Below, piece after piece: positions 40,921 through 56,160 of a stretch of 64,000 bases of DNA; position 1 is the first letter of the stretch, and each line of letters opens with the position of its first letter. Position numbers and translations under genes: made by a program. Below the pieces are notes generated by a model, which saw only the letters and a program-made list of their open reading frames with translations, did not search any database and was not told the DNA's origin. The DNA is from an uncultured delta proteobacterium (GTDB lineage: Bacteria > Desulfobacterota > Binatia > UBA9968). The stretch spans positions 192,001 to 256,000 of the forward strand of contig CAVUVW010000015.1 in the NCBI GenBank assembly GCA_963745035.1, read 5' to 3'.

Positions 40921-41850
40921 GTGTCGATCCGCATCGCCCTTGCCCAGATCAATCCCCGGCTTGGCAACCTCGCGGCCAACCTGGCGCTCTATGAAGAGGC
41001 GGTTCGCCGGGGCGTCGGCGAGCGCGCCGATCTGCTGGTTTTTCCCGAGCTCAGTCTCACCGGCTATTTGCTGCGCGACACAGTGCCGAGCGTCGCGCTG
41101 AGCGCCAAGTCCACGGAGATGAAAACCCTCGGACAGCTCAGCCGCGAGCTGCCGTTCGTCGCGGGCTTGGTCGAGGAGAGCGCGGATCATCGGTTTTTCA
41201 ATTCGGCGATCTATTTCGAAGACGGCGAAATTCGCCACGTGCATCGCAAAGTCTATCTGCCGACCTACGGCATGTTCGACGAGCAGCGCTATTTCGCGCG
41301 CGGCGACCGGGTGCGCGCCTTCGAGTCCAAGTTCGGCCGCTTAACCTTGTTGATCTGCGAGGACCTGTGGCATCCCTCGACCATCTACTTGGCGGCGCTC
41401 GACGGCGCGTTGGCGGTGCTGTGTCCTTCGGCGAGCCCGCTTCGCGGCATCGTCGAGGGACAAGCTCAAGACGACAACGCGCGCTACTGGGAAATGCTCA
41501 ATCGAACCTACGCCGAGACCTACAGCCTGTTCATGATCTACGGCAACCGCTGCGGCTTCGAGGACGGCGTCGGCTTTTGGGGTGGCTCCGAGGTCATCGA
41601 TCCCTTCGGCCAGCGACTCGCCAAAGCGAAATATTACGAGGAAGATTTTCTCGTCGCCGAAATCTCGCTCGAGTCCGTTCGGCGCAAACGCACCATGTCG
41701 CCGCTGCTGCGCGACGAGGATATCGATCTTACGATCAACGAGCTGATGCGCATCCGCGAGCGGCCCGCGGCCCTGAAAATCGTCCAGGGATTTAAAGGCG
41801 GCAAGGTGCGCGTGCTAAAGAAACCCAAGATCAAGCCGCGCCGGCCCTAA
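40921..41850 (+). CDS. Nitrilase-family C-N hydrolase; glutaminase subunit of NAD synthetase
   Basis: E-K-C triad: [34 protein letters not shown]; adjacent to nadE. Confidence 0.9.
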   Translation: MSIRIALAQINPRLGNLAANLALYEEAVRRGVGERADLLVFPELSLTGYLLRDTVPSVALSAKSTEMKTLGQLSRELPFVAGLVEESADHRFFNSAIYFEDGEIRHVHRKVYLPTYGMFDEQRYFARGDRVRAFESKFGRLTLLICEDLWHPSTIYLAALDGALAVLCPSASPLRGIVEGQAQDDNARYWEMLNRTYAETYSLFMIYGNRCGFEDGVGFWGGSEVIDPFGQRLAKAKYYEEDFLVAEISLESVRRKRTMSPLLRDEDIDLTINELMRIRERPAALKIVQGFKGGKVRVLKKPKIKPRRP

Positions 41851-41860
41851 GCCGGGGATC

Positions 41861-42682
41861 ATGATTGCCATTCCCACCAATCCGGCTCTGCTGCGCGCGA
41901 TTCTCGGCGGCTTTATCCACAACGAAGTGCACAAGACCGGCTTGGCGCGGGTCGTCGTCGGACTGTCGGGCGGCGTGGATTCCGCGCTGAGCGCCCTACT
42001 CGCCGCCGAAGCGCTCGGCGCGGGCAATGTGCTGGCGGTTTTGATGCCCTACAAAAGCTCCCATTCGGACAGCCGCGCGCACGCCGAAATGATCGTGCAA
42101 AAAAGCGGCATCGAGTCGATCTTCGTCGACATCACGCCGCAGATCGACGCTTACTTCGAGCGCTTCCCCGACGCCGACGCGCGCCGGCGCGGCAACAAGA
42201 TGGCGCGCGAGCGCATGACCATCCTCTACGACCATTCGGCGCGCTGGAACGGCCTGGTGCTCGGCACCAGCAACAAGACCGAGCTCTTGCTCGGCTACGG
42301 CACCTTGCACGGCGACATGGCCTCAGCGATCAATCCGCTCGGTGATCTTTATAAAACTCAGGTCTGGGCCTTGGCCGAAGCGCTGGAGATTCCCGATGTG
42401 ATCGTGCGCAAAGAACCCTCGGCGGATCTCTGGGTCGGGCAGACCGACGAAGGAGAATTGGGTTTCAGCTATCGCGAAGTCGATCAACTACTGTATTTAA
42501 TGGTCGATCAACGCTACACCAGACCGGAGCTCATCGCCGCCGGTTTTGCCGAGCGCTTCGTCGATGACGTCGCCCAGCGCATCATGTTTTCGCAATTCAA
42601 GCGCCGCCTGCCGGTGATCGCCAAAGTCTCGCAGCGCACCATTGATCGCGATTTTCGCTATTCGCGGGATTGGGGGAAATAG
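41861..42682 (+). CDS. nadE: NAD+ synthetase, synthetase subunit
   Basis: [42 protein letters not shown]. Confidence 0.95.
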   Translation: MIAIPTNPALLRAILGGFIHNEVHKTGLARVVVGLSGGVDSALSALLAAEALGAGNVLAVLMPYKSSHSDSRAHAEMIVQKSGIESIFVDITPQIDAYFERFPDADARRRGNKMARERMTILYDHSARWNGLVLGTSNKTELLLGYGTLHGDMASAINPLGDLYKTQVWALAEALEIPDVIVRKEPSADLWVGQTDEGELGFSYREVDQLLYLMVDQRYTRPELIAAGFAERFVDDVAQRIMFSQFKRRLPVIAKVSQRTIDRDFRYSRDWGK

Positions 42683-42688
42683 GAGGGA

Positions 42689-42767
42689 AGTGAGGAGTGA
42701 AGAGTGAGGCGTGAGACGATAGACTGTCTTATGCAATGCTCACTACTCACTGCCTCACTCCTCACTT
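42689..42767. repeat. Inverted pair of 7-mer tandem arrays
   Basis: agtgagg/agtgaag/agtgagg/cgtgaga (42689-42716) versus ctcacta/ctcactg/ctcactc/ctcactt (42739-42767). Confidence 0.85.
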
Positions 42768-42780
42768 GTGGGGGTCGGTG

Positions 42781-43624
42781 ATGGCCGGTGTCCTTTACGT
42801 CGTCGCCACGCCCATCGGCAATCTCGAAGACATCAGCCTGCGCGCGCTCCGCGTCCTCAAGGAAGTTGATCTGATCGCCGCCGAAGACACCCGCCATACG
42901 CGCATTCTTCTCGACCACTACAATATCGGCACGCCGCTCGTGAGCTACCACCAGCACAACGAGAAGGCTCAGGCGCCGCGCTTGGTCGAGCGGCTGCGAG
43001 CACGGCGAGAACATGGCGCTGGTCTCGGACGCCGGCACGCCGGCGATCTCGGACCCCGGGTATCGGCTGGTGGTCGAGGCGCTCCGCGCCGGGATTCGGG
43101 TGACGCCGATTCCCGGAGCTTCGGCGCTGGCGTCAGCCTTGAGCGCCGGCGGTTTACCGACGGATCGTTTTGTCTTTGAGGGGTTCTTGCCGTCCAAAAA
43201 AGGCGAGCGCGAAAGCCGGCTGGAGGCGCTGCGCGGCGAAAACCGGACGGTGGTTTTCTACGAGGCGCCGCATCGTTTGAAGGACTCCCTCGCCGCCCTG
43301 CGACGCGTTCTCGGCAACCGCGACATCGTCATCGGCCGCGAGTTGAGCAAGGTTCACGAGGAATTCCTGCGCGGCACGATCGACGAGATCCTTGCCGGGC
43401 TCGCCGAACGAGAGCTGAAAGGCGAGCTCACGATCGTGGTGCGCGGCGCGCAAGATACGGAACAAATTTCCCAGGACGAATTGGCGGCGGAAATTCGCCG
43501 ACTGATCGGCGCAGGCGTCGGCGTGAAGCAGATTTCCGAAATCTTGGGCGAGCGCTACCGCCTGGCCAAGCGCGACGTGTATCGATTGGCCTTGCGGCTC
43601 AAGGATGCGCCGGCAAAGTCATGA
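42781..43624 (+). CDS. rsmI: 16S rRNA C1402 2'-O-methyltransferase; one extra base near 43002
   Basis: [46 protein letters not shown]. Confidence 0.93.
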
Positions 43625-43727
43625 CCCATATGCCGATTGCCCTGAGCAACGTCGAAGGGGCGCTCAATCGCCTCGCCTCCGGATCTTTTTGAGCAGCCTG
43701 CAAGAGGCTTTTCCAGCCGCCTGCTAG
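43621..43727 (-). mobile_element. MITE-like element, copy A
   Basis: Reverse complement aligns to 51580-51683; two tandem end motifs ctttttgagcagcctgcaag and cttttccagccgcctgctag. Confidence 0.7.
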
Positions 43728-44017
43728 CGCCTGACGACGAAGCCGGAAAGACCACCCGCCGCGGCTTGCCAATTTACCTCGACGTTATCGACGCGCGCGC
43801 CCGGCGGTCCGTGACGGCACCAGGCGAGCAACGATTCGATGGCTGGCCGAGCTCCTTCGGCGATGGCCTCGACCGAACCGTCCGCGCAGTTTCTCACCCA
43901 GCCGGTCAGGCCGGTTTTGCGCGCTTCCTGGACCATCGAAGCGCGATAGTAAACGCCCTGCACCCGGCCGCGAATTTTGATGTGCGCTCTTTGTTGGCCG
44001 GAGTCGTCGATCGTCAT
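43724..44017 (-). CDS. acyP: Acylphosphatase
   Basis: GRVQGVYYR, GWVRN, GPPGARV. Confidence 0.93.
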   Translation of the reverse strand: MTIDDSGQQRAHIKIRGRVQGVYYRASMVQEARKTGLTGWVRNCADGSVEAIAEGARPAIESLLAWCRHGPPGARVDNVEVNWQAAAGGLSGFVVRR

Positions 44018-44245
44018 GCTGGAATTTTTTTAGCTCAGGCGGGGGCGGGGCGGCAAGCGCTTCGACTCTTTTCCGTGCCGCTCGCAAAGATTTGACAAGC
44101 GCGCTTTGACTTTTGTAGGCTGGCGCCGTTTTGCAGAGGTTCGGTTAGCGAAGAGCGCGCCGAGCGAGCGATGACCCGTTCAAGGCCCTGCCCTTTGGCT
44201 AAGTCGATCCGTGAGGGAGCGTTTCATCCAACAAGGAGGGCCGAG

Positions 44246-44563
44246 ATGGCAGCAAAACTATACGTTGGCAATCTTTCTTATAATATCACCGAGGAAAGAC
44301 TCCACGAGCACTTCGCGCAGCATGGCACGGTCATCAGCGCGCGCATCATCAGCGACAAATTCACCGGCAAGTCCAAGGGCTTCGGCTTTGTGGAAATGAG
44401 CTCCGATCAGGAAGCCGAAAAAGCGATCAGCGCGCTCAACGGCACCGACTTCGAAGGGCGCAACATCGTCGTCAGCGAAGCGCGCCCCCAGCCGCCGCGC
44501 GCGCCACGCCCGGGCGGCAGCGGCGGTTTCGGTGGCCACGGCGGCGGACGCGACCGTTACTAG
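44246..44563 (+). CDS. RRM RNA-binding protein with Gly-rich tail
   Basis: RNP2 LYVGNL, RNP1 KGFGFVEM; AAGGAGG RBS. Confidence 0.93.
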   Translation: MAAKLYVGNLSYNITEERLHEHFAQHGTVISARIISDKFTGKSKGFGFVEMSSDQEAEKAISALNGTDFEGRNIVVSEARPQPPRAPRPGGSGGFGGHGGGRDRY

Positions 44564-44740
44564 CCTTCCGACTTGGCTCCCCACCCGGCCAAAGCCGGCC
44601 TCATCCCCAATCCGCAGTAGAGAGTATTCCGGCAGGCGCAATCCCAGCGGTCGTGACGACCGAGCGCTTTCCCGCATAATGATCTGCAGAATTCCAATGT
44701 CATTCGATCATCCCCGCAGTTGCTGCGACTGGTGGAATTT

Positions 44741-44830
44741 CGTCATTCCCCCTGCTTTACGCCGTGGTTCGACGCAACTCACCACAGGCGGGATCCGGAG
44801 CCGGACCCGATAAAAGCATTCGGGCCGACG
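44741..44830. repeat. Composite palindromic element with nested mini-palindrome
   Basis: cgtcattcccc-ctgcttta..ggcgggatcc and ggacccgataaaagcattcgggccgacg, interrupted by gtggttcgacgcaactcaccac. Confidence 0.55.
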
Positions 44831-44890
44831 AGATCGGGGCCCTGGGTAGTTCATTCGTATGCGAAAAACGATAACCGCGAGCCGCTTGCC

Positions 44891-48624
<3,734 letters not shown>

Positions 48625-49000
48625 TGTGCCTCCTTGTTCTCTGATCTGCTAAATTCGTTACTCAGTTATACCAACGGGGCAAATTGCGCCCTTGATTTGT
48701 GCTAGGTTGTACTTGAATGGGCCGCTTTCCAGCAATACGCGAGTAGTAGGATTTTCGCGGCATTGCTTTATACCTTAACGATTTTTCTACGACTTCCGTC
48801 TTATCGATGTGGAAATATTCGCAGAATTTGGCCGTCTTTGGAGCGCAACGGCCTTACCGGTCGCTGAACGCAGGGAACAATCAACGTCTTATACTGCCGG
48901 CTGATTTTTGCTATTTAGGGAGATCATGAGCGGGTCAAACAAGTTTTTCTTTGCTTGCCAGGCTGCAAACAAAAACCCGCAGAGCGGGTCGCAAGATCGC

Positions 49001-49447
49001 ATGATTCGCGCACTCGTTGCGAGCGTCTGCTTGCTGGCGCTATGCTCATCGTGCGCGCCCCGTATCGTCGATGTAAGTCCGAGAGAAGGAAGGCCCGCGA
49101 CCACCGTAAACGTCGCGATCGAGTACCTGGTCGGTTGGCCGCGGGTCGAGATCGGCAAGACGATCATGGACTGGCCGCAGCTTAAACTCATCGCCGCAGA
49201 GCCAGCGCGCAAGGATGTACCGGGCGAAGAGCTCGTGTGGATCGAGGATAAAATTCTGCAATTCACGATTCCCGATCTGCCGCCCGGCGATTACGACGTG
49301 ACTATTTATGACGACAAAGGTCCTCCCGGCGACTTGACCTATTCATTTCTCGAAACAACGGCCTACGTCGTATTCCCTCCCGTCTGGCCGTTCGTGTTTC
49401 GCTCCAATCAGACTCAGTTCAAGCTGCGAGTGCTGCCGCGCGATTGA
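49001..49447 (+). CDS. Small lipoprotein, IPT/TIG-like Ig fold
   Basis: CSSC lipobox-like, PRIVDVSP, FTIPDLPPGDYDVTI. Confidence 0.6.
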   Translation: MIRALVASVCLLALCSSCAPRIVDVSPREGRPATTVNVAIEYLVGWPRVEIGKTIMDWPQLKLIAAEPARKDVPGEELVWIEDKILQFTIPDLPPGDYDVTIYDDKGPPGDLTYSFLETTAYVVFPPVWPFVFRSNQTQFKLRVLPRD

Positions 49448-49683
49448 TGCGCAGGGGCGAGCAACTGCGAACAGACGTCGAAGTCACGCCGACCCCGTTT
49501 CGAATAATGCGCCGGTCAACCGATTGCGCCTTTGTCCGCGCGCTGTATCATGAAGAACGCGGCGTGCGCGGTCGCGAAACAGCGCACTGAACGGGCGAGT
49601 TATGCATTTGCCGGTATTTTTAGGATGCGAAAACTTGACTCCGGGCGGGTTTCGCATATATCATCAAGACATTAAAGACTAGG

Positions 49684-51538
49684 ATGTTACCTATGCGAAT
49701 GATATCCGCTTTTACACGGCTCTTACTGCTGGCGGCGCTGGCCGGCTGTTCCTCGCTGTCGCTGTGGTCATCCGGCGCCAAATCCGACCCGACTGCGGAA
49801 GCTCTTTTCGACGAAGGGAACCGCAACTTCAACGACAAGCGCTACGTTCGCGCCATCGACAACTACACCAAGATTCGCACCGATCACCCGTTCAGCCCGC
49901 TGATGACGCAGGTGGAGCTGAAGCTCGCCGACTCCTACTATCGCAACCAGCAATACCCGGAAGCGATCAACGCCTTCAAAGAATTTCAGTCCATGCACCC
50001 GACGAATGAGCATATTCCATTCGTGACCTTGCGCCTCGGGCAGGCGCACTTTGACCAGTTTACCAGCACCGACCGCGACCAAAAAAACACCGAAATCGCC
50101 AAGGGCTACTTTGAAACCGTCGTGAGCAAGTATCCGCAATCCCCCGAAGCGGCGGAAGCCAGAGCAAAGCTCGCCAAGTGTCTGGAGTACCTGGCCGAGC
50201 ACGAATTCAACGTGGCGCACTTCTATTTTCAGCAGGAAAAATTTCCCGCAGCGCGAGACCGCTTCGAGGAGATCGTGCGCAAGTACAAGGACACGCCGAC
50301 GGCGGTCAAAAGTCTTTTTTACCTCGGCGAGAGTTATCGAAGAGAAAAAAATTCAGCTGCGCGCCGCTCTCGCCTACGAAGCCGTGATGCAACATTATCC
50401 GCAGAGCAAATTCGCCGCGGACGCCAAGGTCCAGTTGGCCCAGCTTGAAAAGGAAAAACACGATCCGCTGGCATTGTTGCTCATGCGCGACCGCCGCCCA
50501 TCCGCTGCGCCGGAGGTCCAGCCGGACCCGTCATTGGCCAAGCTGCGCGACCTGAACCTGGTGGCGAAAACCGAGGTCGTGCATGAGAATCCCGGCGACG
50601 AAAAAGGCTTCCTGCGTCGCGTGGCGGACAAGCTGAATCCGTTCTCTTCTTCGGACAACGGCAAAAAAGAGGAACCCAAACCGGAGAGCGCCATCGACTT
50701 GCTGGCGAAGCGCAACGCGGCGCAGAAAAAGGAAGAGTCCAGCAAGAAAGACGACATGGCCGTCGCCGAAAAGGAAGCCAAAGCCAGCGGCTTTGTCGGT
50801 CAGATCGATGAATCGCTCAAACAAAAGGGTATCGACTCGGGAGCGCGCCAACAGGCGCTAAAGCCGCCGCCCGCCGATCTGCCGAAGACCGATGATTTGG
50901 CGGTCAAAGCGCCGCCGGCCACCGACACAACCGCCCTGTTGAGCTCCATCGACGGCAAGCTCAAGCAGAGCGGCAAGGATGGCACCGAGCTTCCGCCTGC
51001 CCCCGAAGCCGCTCAGGCGTTCAAAGACGTCGCCGCTACCCAGGCGGCGATCGCCAAGCAGACTCAAAGTCAAGTTTCTCAGGATGTTCAAAGCAGCGGC
51101 ATTTTGAGCAGTATCGACCAGAAGCTCAAAGCCAGTGGCGTCGAGCCCGGGAAGTTTGAGGCCCCGCCGACCGCAGAAGAAATCAAGACTGCGGCGACGA
51201 AGAAACCACAAGCGAGAAATGTCGAGCTCGAACCGAAAGTCACCCTCGAAAAAGGTCCGCTTTTCTTGAGCCCGAGCAGTCTTTCTGGGGAGACGCCCGC
51301 GCCAAGCGCAAATCCCGTCAAGCCCCAGAGCCAGGAGACTGTAGAAGAGACAGCGCCGCCCTCGCGGGTCCTGGTGAAGGGACCGATTCAGCCGCCTGAA
51401 CGCGCGAGCGCCGCCGCGCAAGCCGCGGAGACCAGAAAGTCGTCATCCACTCGCGAAGACGAGCCGAAAGGCGCCCTCGATCAAATTCGTCAAGACGTGG
51501 AAAACGTCGGCAAAGCTCTCAACCCGTTGCGCTGGTAA
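49684..51538 (+). CDS. bamD: Outer-membrane assembly factor BamD with long C-terminal extension; one extra base near 50354
   Basis: Lipobox LAGC, HPFSP, LKLADSYY, DRDQ, LAEHEFNVAHFY; continues LRAALAYEAVMQHYPQSKFA after removing one base. Confidence 0.88.
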
Positions 51539-51579
51539 GCGAATGGCGCCGAGCAACTTTCACGCGCTCTGATCGCAGT

Positions 51580-51683
51580 TTGCGGGCTGCTCAAAAGCTC
51601 GATCCGTTCACGCGACGTGATTGAGCGCACCCGTCGACGTTGCTCAGAGTAATCGGCATATCGGTCTTTCAGTAGCCTGTTAG
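51580..51683 (+). mobile_element. MITE-like element, copy B
   Basis: Imperfect TIRs ttgcgggctgctcaaaag and ctttcagtagcctgttag; body aligns to copy A. Confidence 0.7.
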
Positions 51684-52802
51684 CGGTTCATCAAGCGACC
51701 GCGAGCCACGATTGGTCGCATCGGCGACGATCGAGTCCCCTTCCGAGAGCCCAAACAAAACCGCGATCTCACCGCCCTCTACCGGCCCGACGACAACCGC
51801 CTGCCGCACGGCGCGTCCCGCCTCGACTTTGTAGACGTAACTGGCATCATGCCGCGATATAACCGCGGCGCGAGGAATGAAGAGCGCATCTTTCGGGGTA
51901 CTGAGCTCGATCGTCGCCGCAACCATCATTCCAGCCCGCAATACTCGCTGACGGTTGTCTACCTGGATTTCTACTTCGGTCGGCTGGTTTGCGCCGCTTT
52001 CATCCGGCGCAACTCGGCTGATCTTCCCTGCGAAAATTTTATTTGGCAATGCCGCGGTCGAGACTCGTGCCTTGGCTCCGACGGACACGCCGAAAGCATC
52101 GGCGCCGCCGACCGCGGCGGCGATTTTGAGATTGTCCAAACCGGCGAGCGTGAGTATGGCGCCGCCCTCGCCAATCGCGGCGCCCGGCTCTACATTGCGT
52201 CTCGTCACCTGACCGCTGATCCGCGCCGTCAGGCGCGTCAAGCTCCGCAGCGCTTGAGCTTGCGCCAGCATCGCCTGCCGCTGCGCCAGATGCGCGCGCG
52301 CCAGGTCGGCTTCGGCGCGTGCGGTTGCCATCGTCGCCTCGGCCTCTTCCACCTCGCGGCGGGCGATCAAGTCGCGGCGCGCCAGGTCGCGACCAGTAAC
52401 CAAGAGCTTTTCCGCTTCCGCCCATTCGCGCTCTCTCGCCCGCAGGTCGCTTTCTGCGGCGCGGACGCCAGCCTCATGGCGAACCAAACGCGCAGCCAAA
52501 TCGTCCGCTCGAATGGTCGCCACCACGGTCCCGGCGGGAACCCAATCGCCTACTTTGAACCGTATCTCGTTCACCTTTCCGGCGAGACGAGATATGACTT
52601 CGACTTGCTCGACGGGAAGCAATTCGCCGGTGAGCTTCAGCTCCCCGACCAGTGGCGCCCGACGCGCGTGCACGATGGGCGCGGAGATTGCTGAACGATC
52701 AAGAGACGGCGCGGATGGTTTCGAGGAATCTGCGTTTAAAAAATACGCGGCGGCCGGTAACCCGACCACGAGGACGCAAGCGAGCGAGAAAAGCTGCTTC
52801 AT
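51669..52802 (-). CDS. Second efflux membrane-fusion protein
   Basis: SRLAGKVNEI..VGDWV, hairpin helices, ARISGQV, LRAGM, IPRAAV, GLSEGD. Confidence 0.85.
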   Translation of the reverse strand: MKQLFSLACVLVVGLPAAAYFLNADSSKPSAPSLDRSAISAPIVHARRAPLVGELKLTGELLPVEQVEVISRLAGKVNEIRFKVGDWVPAGTVVATIRADDLAARLVRHEAGVRAAESDLRAREREWAEAEKLLVTGRDLARRDLIARREVEEAEATMATARAEADLARAHLAQRQAMLAQAQALRSLTRLTARISGQVTRRNVEPGAAIGEGGAILTLAGLDNLKIAAAVGGADAFGVSVGAKARVSTAALPNKIFAGKISRVAPDESGANQPTEVEIQVDNRQRVLRAGMMVAATIELSTPKDALFIPRAAVISRHDASYVYKVEAGRAVRQAVVVGPVEGGEIAVLFGLSEGDSIVADATNRGSRSLDEPLTGY

Positions 52803-52961
52803 TGCCGCCGCTGCGATCGTAGGCCGGCGCTCTCTGCAGCCGCAGCACAGACAAAGCGGGAAGGACCCTCTGGCAAGAAAATGTGCTCCCCGCAGCGGCG
52901 AGCGGATAGGAACCAGCGCGCCCTCCCACGGAGATACCGAGCGCTGGCCCAGATGCCGTGA

Positions 52962-55900
52962 TCAGGGATTGTCAACGCCGAGCTTCGGCGCGATGGGCTC
53001 GGGCTTGGCTTCGCTGCCTCTGCGCGCGCCGCGCCATTTCGCCGGCAGCGCCACGAAAAACTCCTGGCACTTCTCCAGATAAAGATAGACGACCGGCGTA
53101 ATGTACAAGGTCAGTAGCTGCGAGATGATCAAGCCGCCGACGACCGCAATGCCGAGAGGCTGACGCGCTTCTGCTCCCGCGCCCCAACCGATCGCGATCG
53201 GCAGGGCGCCAAAGATCGCCGCCATCGTCGTCATCATGATCGGCCGGAAGCGCACCAGCGCGCCGTCATAGATCGCCTGCGCCGGGCTCTTGTTCTCATT
53301 GCGCTGCGCCTCGAGCGCGAAGTCGATCATCATAATGGCGTTCTTTTTGACGATGCCGATGAGCATGATCAAGCCGACGAATGCGTAAATGCTTAAGTCC
53401 ATGTTGAAGAAGTAAAGAGCGATAAGGGCGCCAAGCCCGGCCGACGGGAGACCGGAAAGAATGGTCAGCGGGTGAATGAAACTTTCATAGAGGATGCCCA
53501 GCACCAGATAGACGACGAAGACCGCGAGAGCCAGCAGCACCCAAAGACTGGTGATCGATTTCTGAAATTCTTGCGCCGTACCCTGAAAGTTTGTCGTGAT
53601 CGATGCGGGCAAGACTTCACGGGCGAGACTGTTGATCTGCGCGACGGCATCGCCAAGCGCCACCCCTTCGCGCAAATTGAAGGAGATCGTCGCCGACGGC
53701 AATTGCCCGGAGTGATTCACCGGACATGGGACCCACGGTATAGTTGAGCGTCGCCAACGATCCGAGCGGCACCATCGGCTGGGCGGTGCCGGCTTGGCCG
53801 GTGGTCGAACGAATATAGAGCATGGACAACGCCGACGGATCGTTCTGAAACTTGGGATCGATTTCGACGATCACCTGATATTGGTTGTTTGGCGTATTGA
53901 TGGTCGAAACCTGCCGGGTCGCGTAGGAGCTCCAAAACGCCTCCTCGAGCTGGCGCTGGGAGATCCCCTGCGCGGACACGCCCATCGTGGAAGCCCGGTC
54001 GCGATCCAAGACGACCTTGAGCTGTGGATTCTTCAACTGCAAGTCGCTTCCTACGTCGCGAAAATCCGCCAGCGCCCGAACGCGTTCTTCGAAAAGCGCC
54101 GCATAGCGATAGAGCTCCGGCGCGTCCGGGCTCTGCAAAGTGAATTGGTAGAGACTTCGGCTCAACCGGCCGCCGACGCGAATGACAGGGGGATTTTGCA
54201 AGGATACGCGGATGCCGGGAACTTGAGCCAGCTTGGGCCGCAACTCGCGAATGACTTCATCGGCGTTGAGCTTGCGCTCGGCGCGCGGCTTGAGCTTGAT
54301 AAAAATCCGCCCGGTGTTGTTCGTCAAACCGGCACCACCGACACCGACGCTGGAAAAGAACGATTCGACGTTGGGATCTTTCATGACGATCGCAGCGAGC
54401 TGCTGCTGGTTCTTGACCATTTGCTCAATCGCGACTCCCTGCGCCCCTTCGGTGTTGATCAATACCTGGCCCGTGTCTTCACTCGGGATAAAACCTTTCG
54501 GCACCAAGCCGAACATGTAAACCGTCGCGATCAATATGACGACGGACGCGACCATAGTCGTGACATGGTGACGCATGACCCAGGCTAGGGTGACCTCATA
54601 GGCCTTGTTCATCGCGTCGAGGCAGCGGCCGAGGAAATTGTAGAACCAGCCGTGTTTCTGATCGTGCGGCGGCCGCAGATATCGGCTGCAGAGCATCGGC
54701 GTCAGGCTCAATGAAATAAAGCCGGAGACCAGAATCGCCACGCAAATCGTCACGGCGAACTCGCGCAAGAGCCGGCCGAGCATGCCGCTCATGAACAAGA
54801 CCGGTATGAACGCCGCTACCAGCGAGATCGTCATCGACATGATGGTAAAACCGATCTCCTGGGCGCCCTTCACCGCGGCTTCGTAGGGCTTTTCGCCGTG
54901 CTCCATGTGGCGCACGATATTTTCCAGAACGACGATAGCGTCGTCGACGACGAAGCCTACCGCCAGAGTCAATGCCATCAAGGATAGATTATTTAGGCTG
55001 TACTCCAGCAGGTACATGACGGCAAAAGTGCCGACGATGGACATCGGCACCGCCAAGCTCGGAATGATCGTCGCGGAAACGTTCCGTAGAAATAAGAAGA
55101 TCACGAGAATGACGAGAAAAATCGTGCCGATCAAGGTTAGTTGAACGTCGTGAGCGGATTCCCGGATTGACTGGGTGCGATCGAAAAAGACCTCGAGCTT
55201 AATCGACTGCGGTATCTGCGTCCGCAAGCCCGGCAGCAACTCTTTGATGGCGTCCACAACTTCGACGATGTTTGCGCCCGGCTGGCGCTGTATACCCAGG
55301 ATAACGGCCCGTTTGTCCTTGAACCAGCTGGCCGCCCGATTGTTCTCGACGCTGTCGATAGCGCGGCCGACGTCCTGGACGCGCACCGGCGCGCCGTTGC
55401 GATAGGTAATTACCAGCGATTGAAACGCGTCGCCGGTGAGAAGCTGCCCGTCGGAAACCAAGGTGTATGCTCTCGCCGGCGCATCGAGGGTGCCGACCGG
55501 CAGATCCACGTTGCCCCGCTGGATCGCGACCACGACATCGTCGATTCCGATCTGCCGCACGGCCAGTTGATTGGGATCGAGCTGCACCCTGATGGCATAC
55601 TTTTGCGAACCGATGACATCGACCTGCGCAACTCCGTTGACCATCGATATGCGCTGCGCCAGGATGGTCTGAGCGAACTCATCCACGGTCGAAAGCGGCA
55701 ATGAATCCGAGGTCAGGGCCAGCAGTAAGATAGAGTTGTTGGCTGGATTCACTTTTCGATAGGACGGCGGAGTTGTCATGCTCGTCGGCAGGTCGCGCGC
55801 CGTTCGCGCGATCATCGACTGAACATCTTGAGCGGCGGCGTCGATATTGCGGCTAAGACTGAATTGCAGGGTGATTTGCGTGCGGCCCAGAGTGCTGGTC

Positions 55901-56145
55901 GAGCTCATCGAATCGAGGCCAGCAATGGTGGAGAAATTTTTCTCCAGCGGCGTGGCGACCGAGGAAGCCATCGTCTCGGCGCTCGCGCCGGCCAGATTCG
56001 CAGTAACGGTGATCGTTGGGAAGTCGACCGTCGGCAGGTCGCTAACCGGCAGCGATTTGTACCCGAGGATGCCGAAAATAACGATGCCGACCATAACGAG
56101 CGTGGTCGTTACCGGCCGCCGGATGAACAGCCCGGACATGTTCAT
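52962..56145 (-). CDS. RND efflux permease (MdtB/C-like); one extra base near 53722
   Basis: FIRRPVTT, GFVVDDAIVVLEN, GIVKKNAIMMIDF, RFRPIMMTT; GPMS joins VNHSGQLP. Confidence 0.93.
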
Positions 56146-56160
56146 GACGCACCTCGCTCT

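Noticed and set aside
44094-44245. Possible riboswitch or ncRNA upstream of the RRM gene
   Set aside because: Long leader, but no family consensus recognisable by eye; needs a covariance-model scan.
56042-56160. 104-nt overlap between MFP1 and RND in the ORF track
   Set aside because: Disappears with one-base correction, giving a stop at 56161 and a GAGG RBS for the RND gene.
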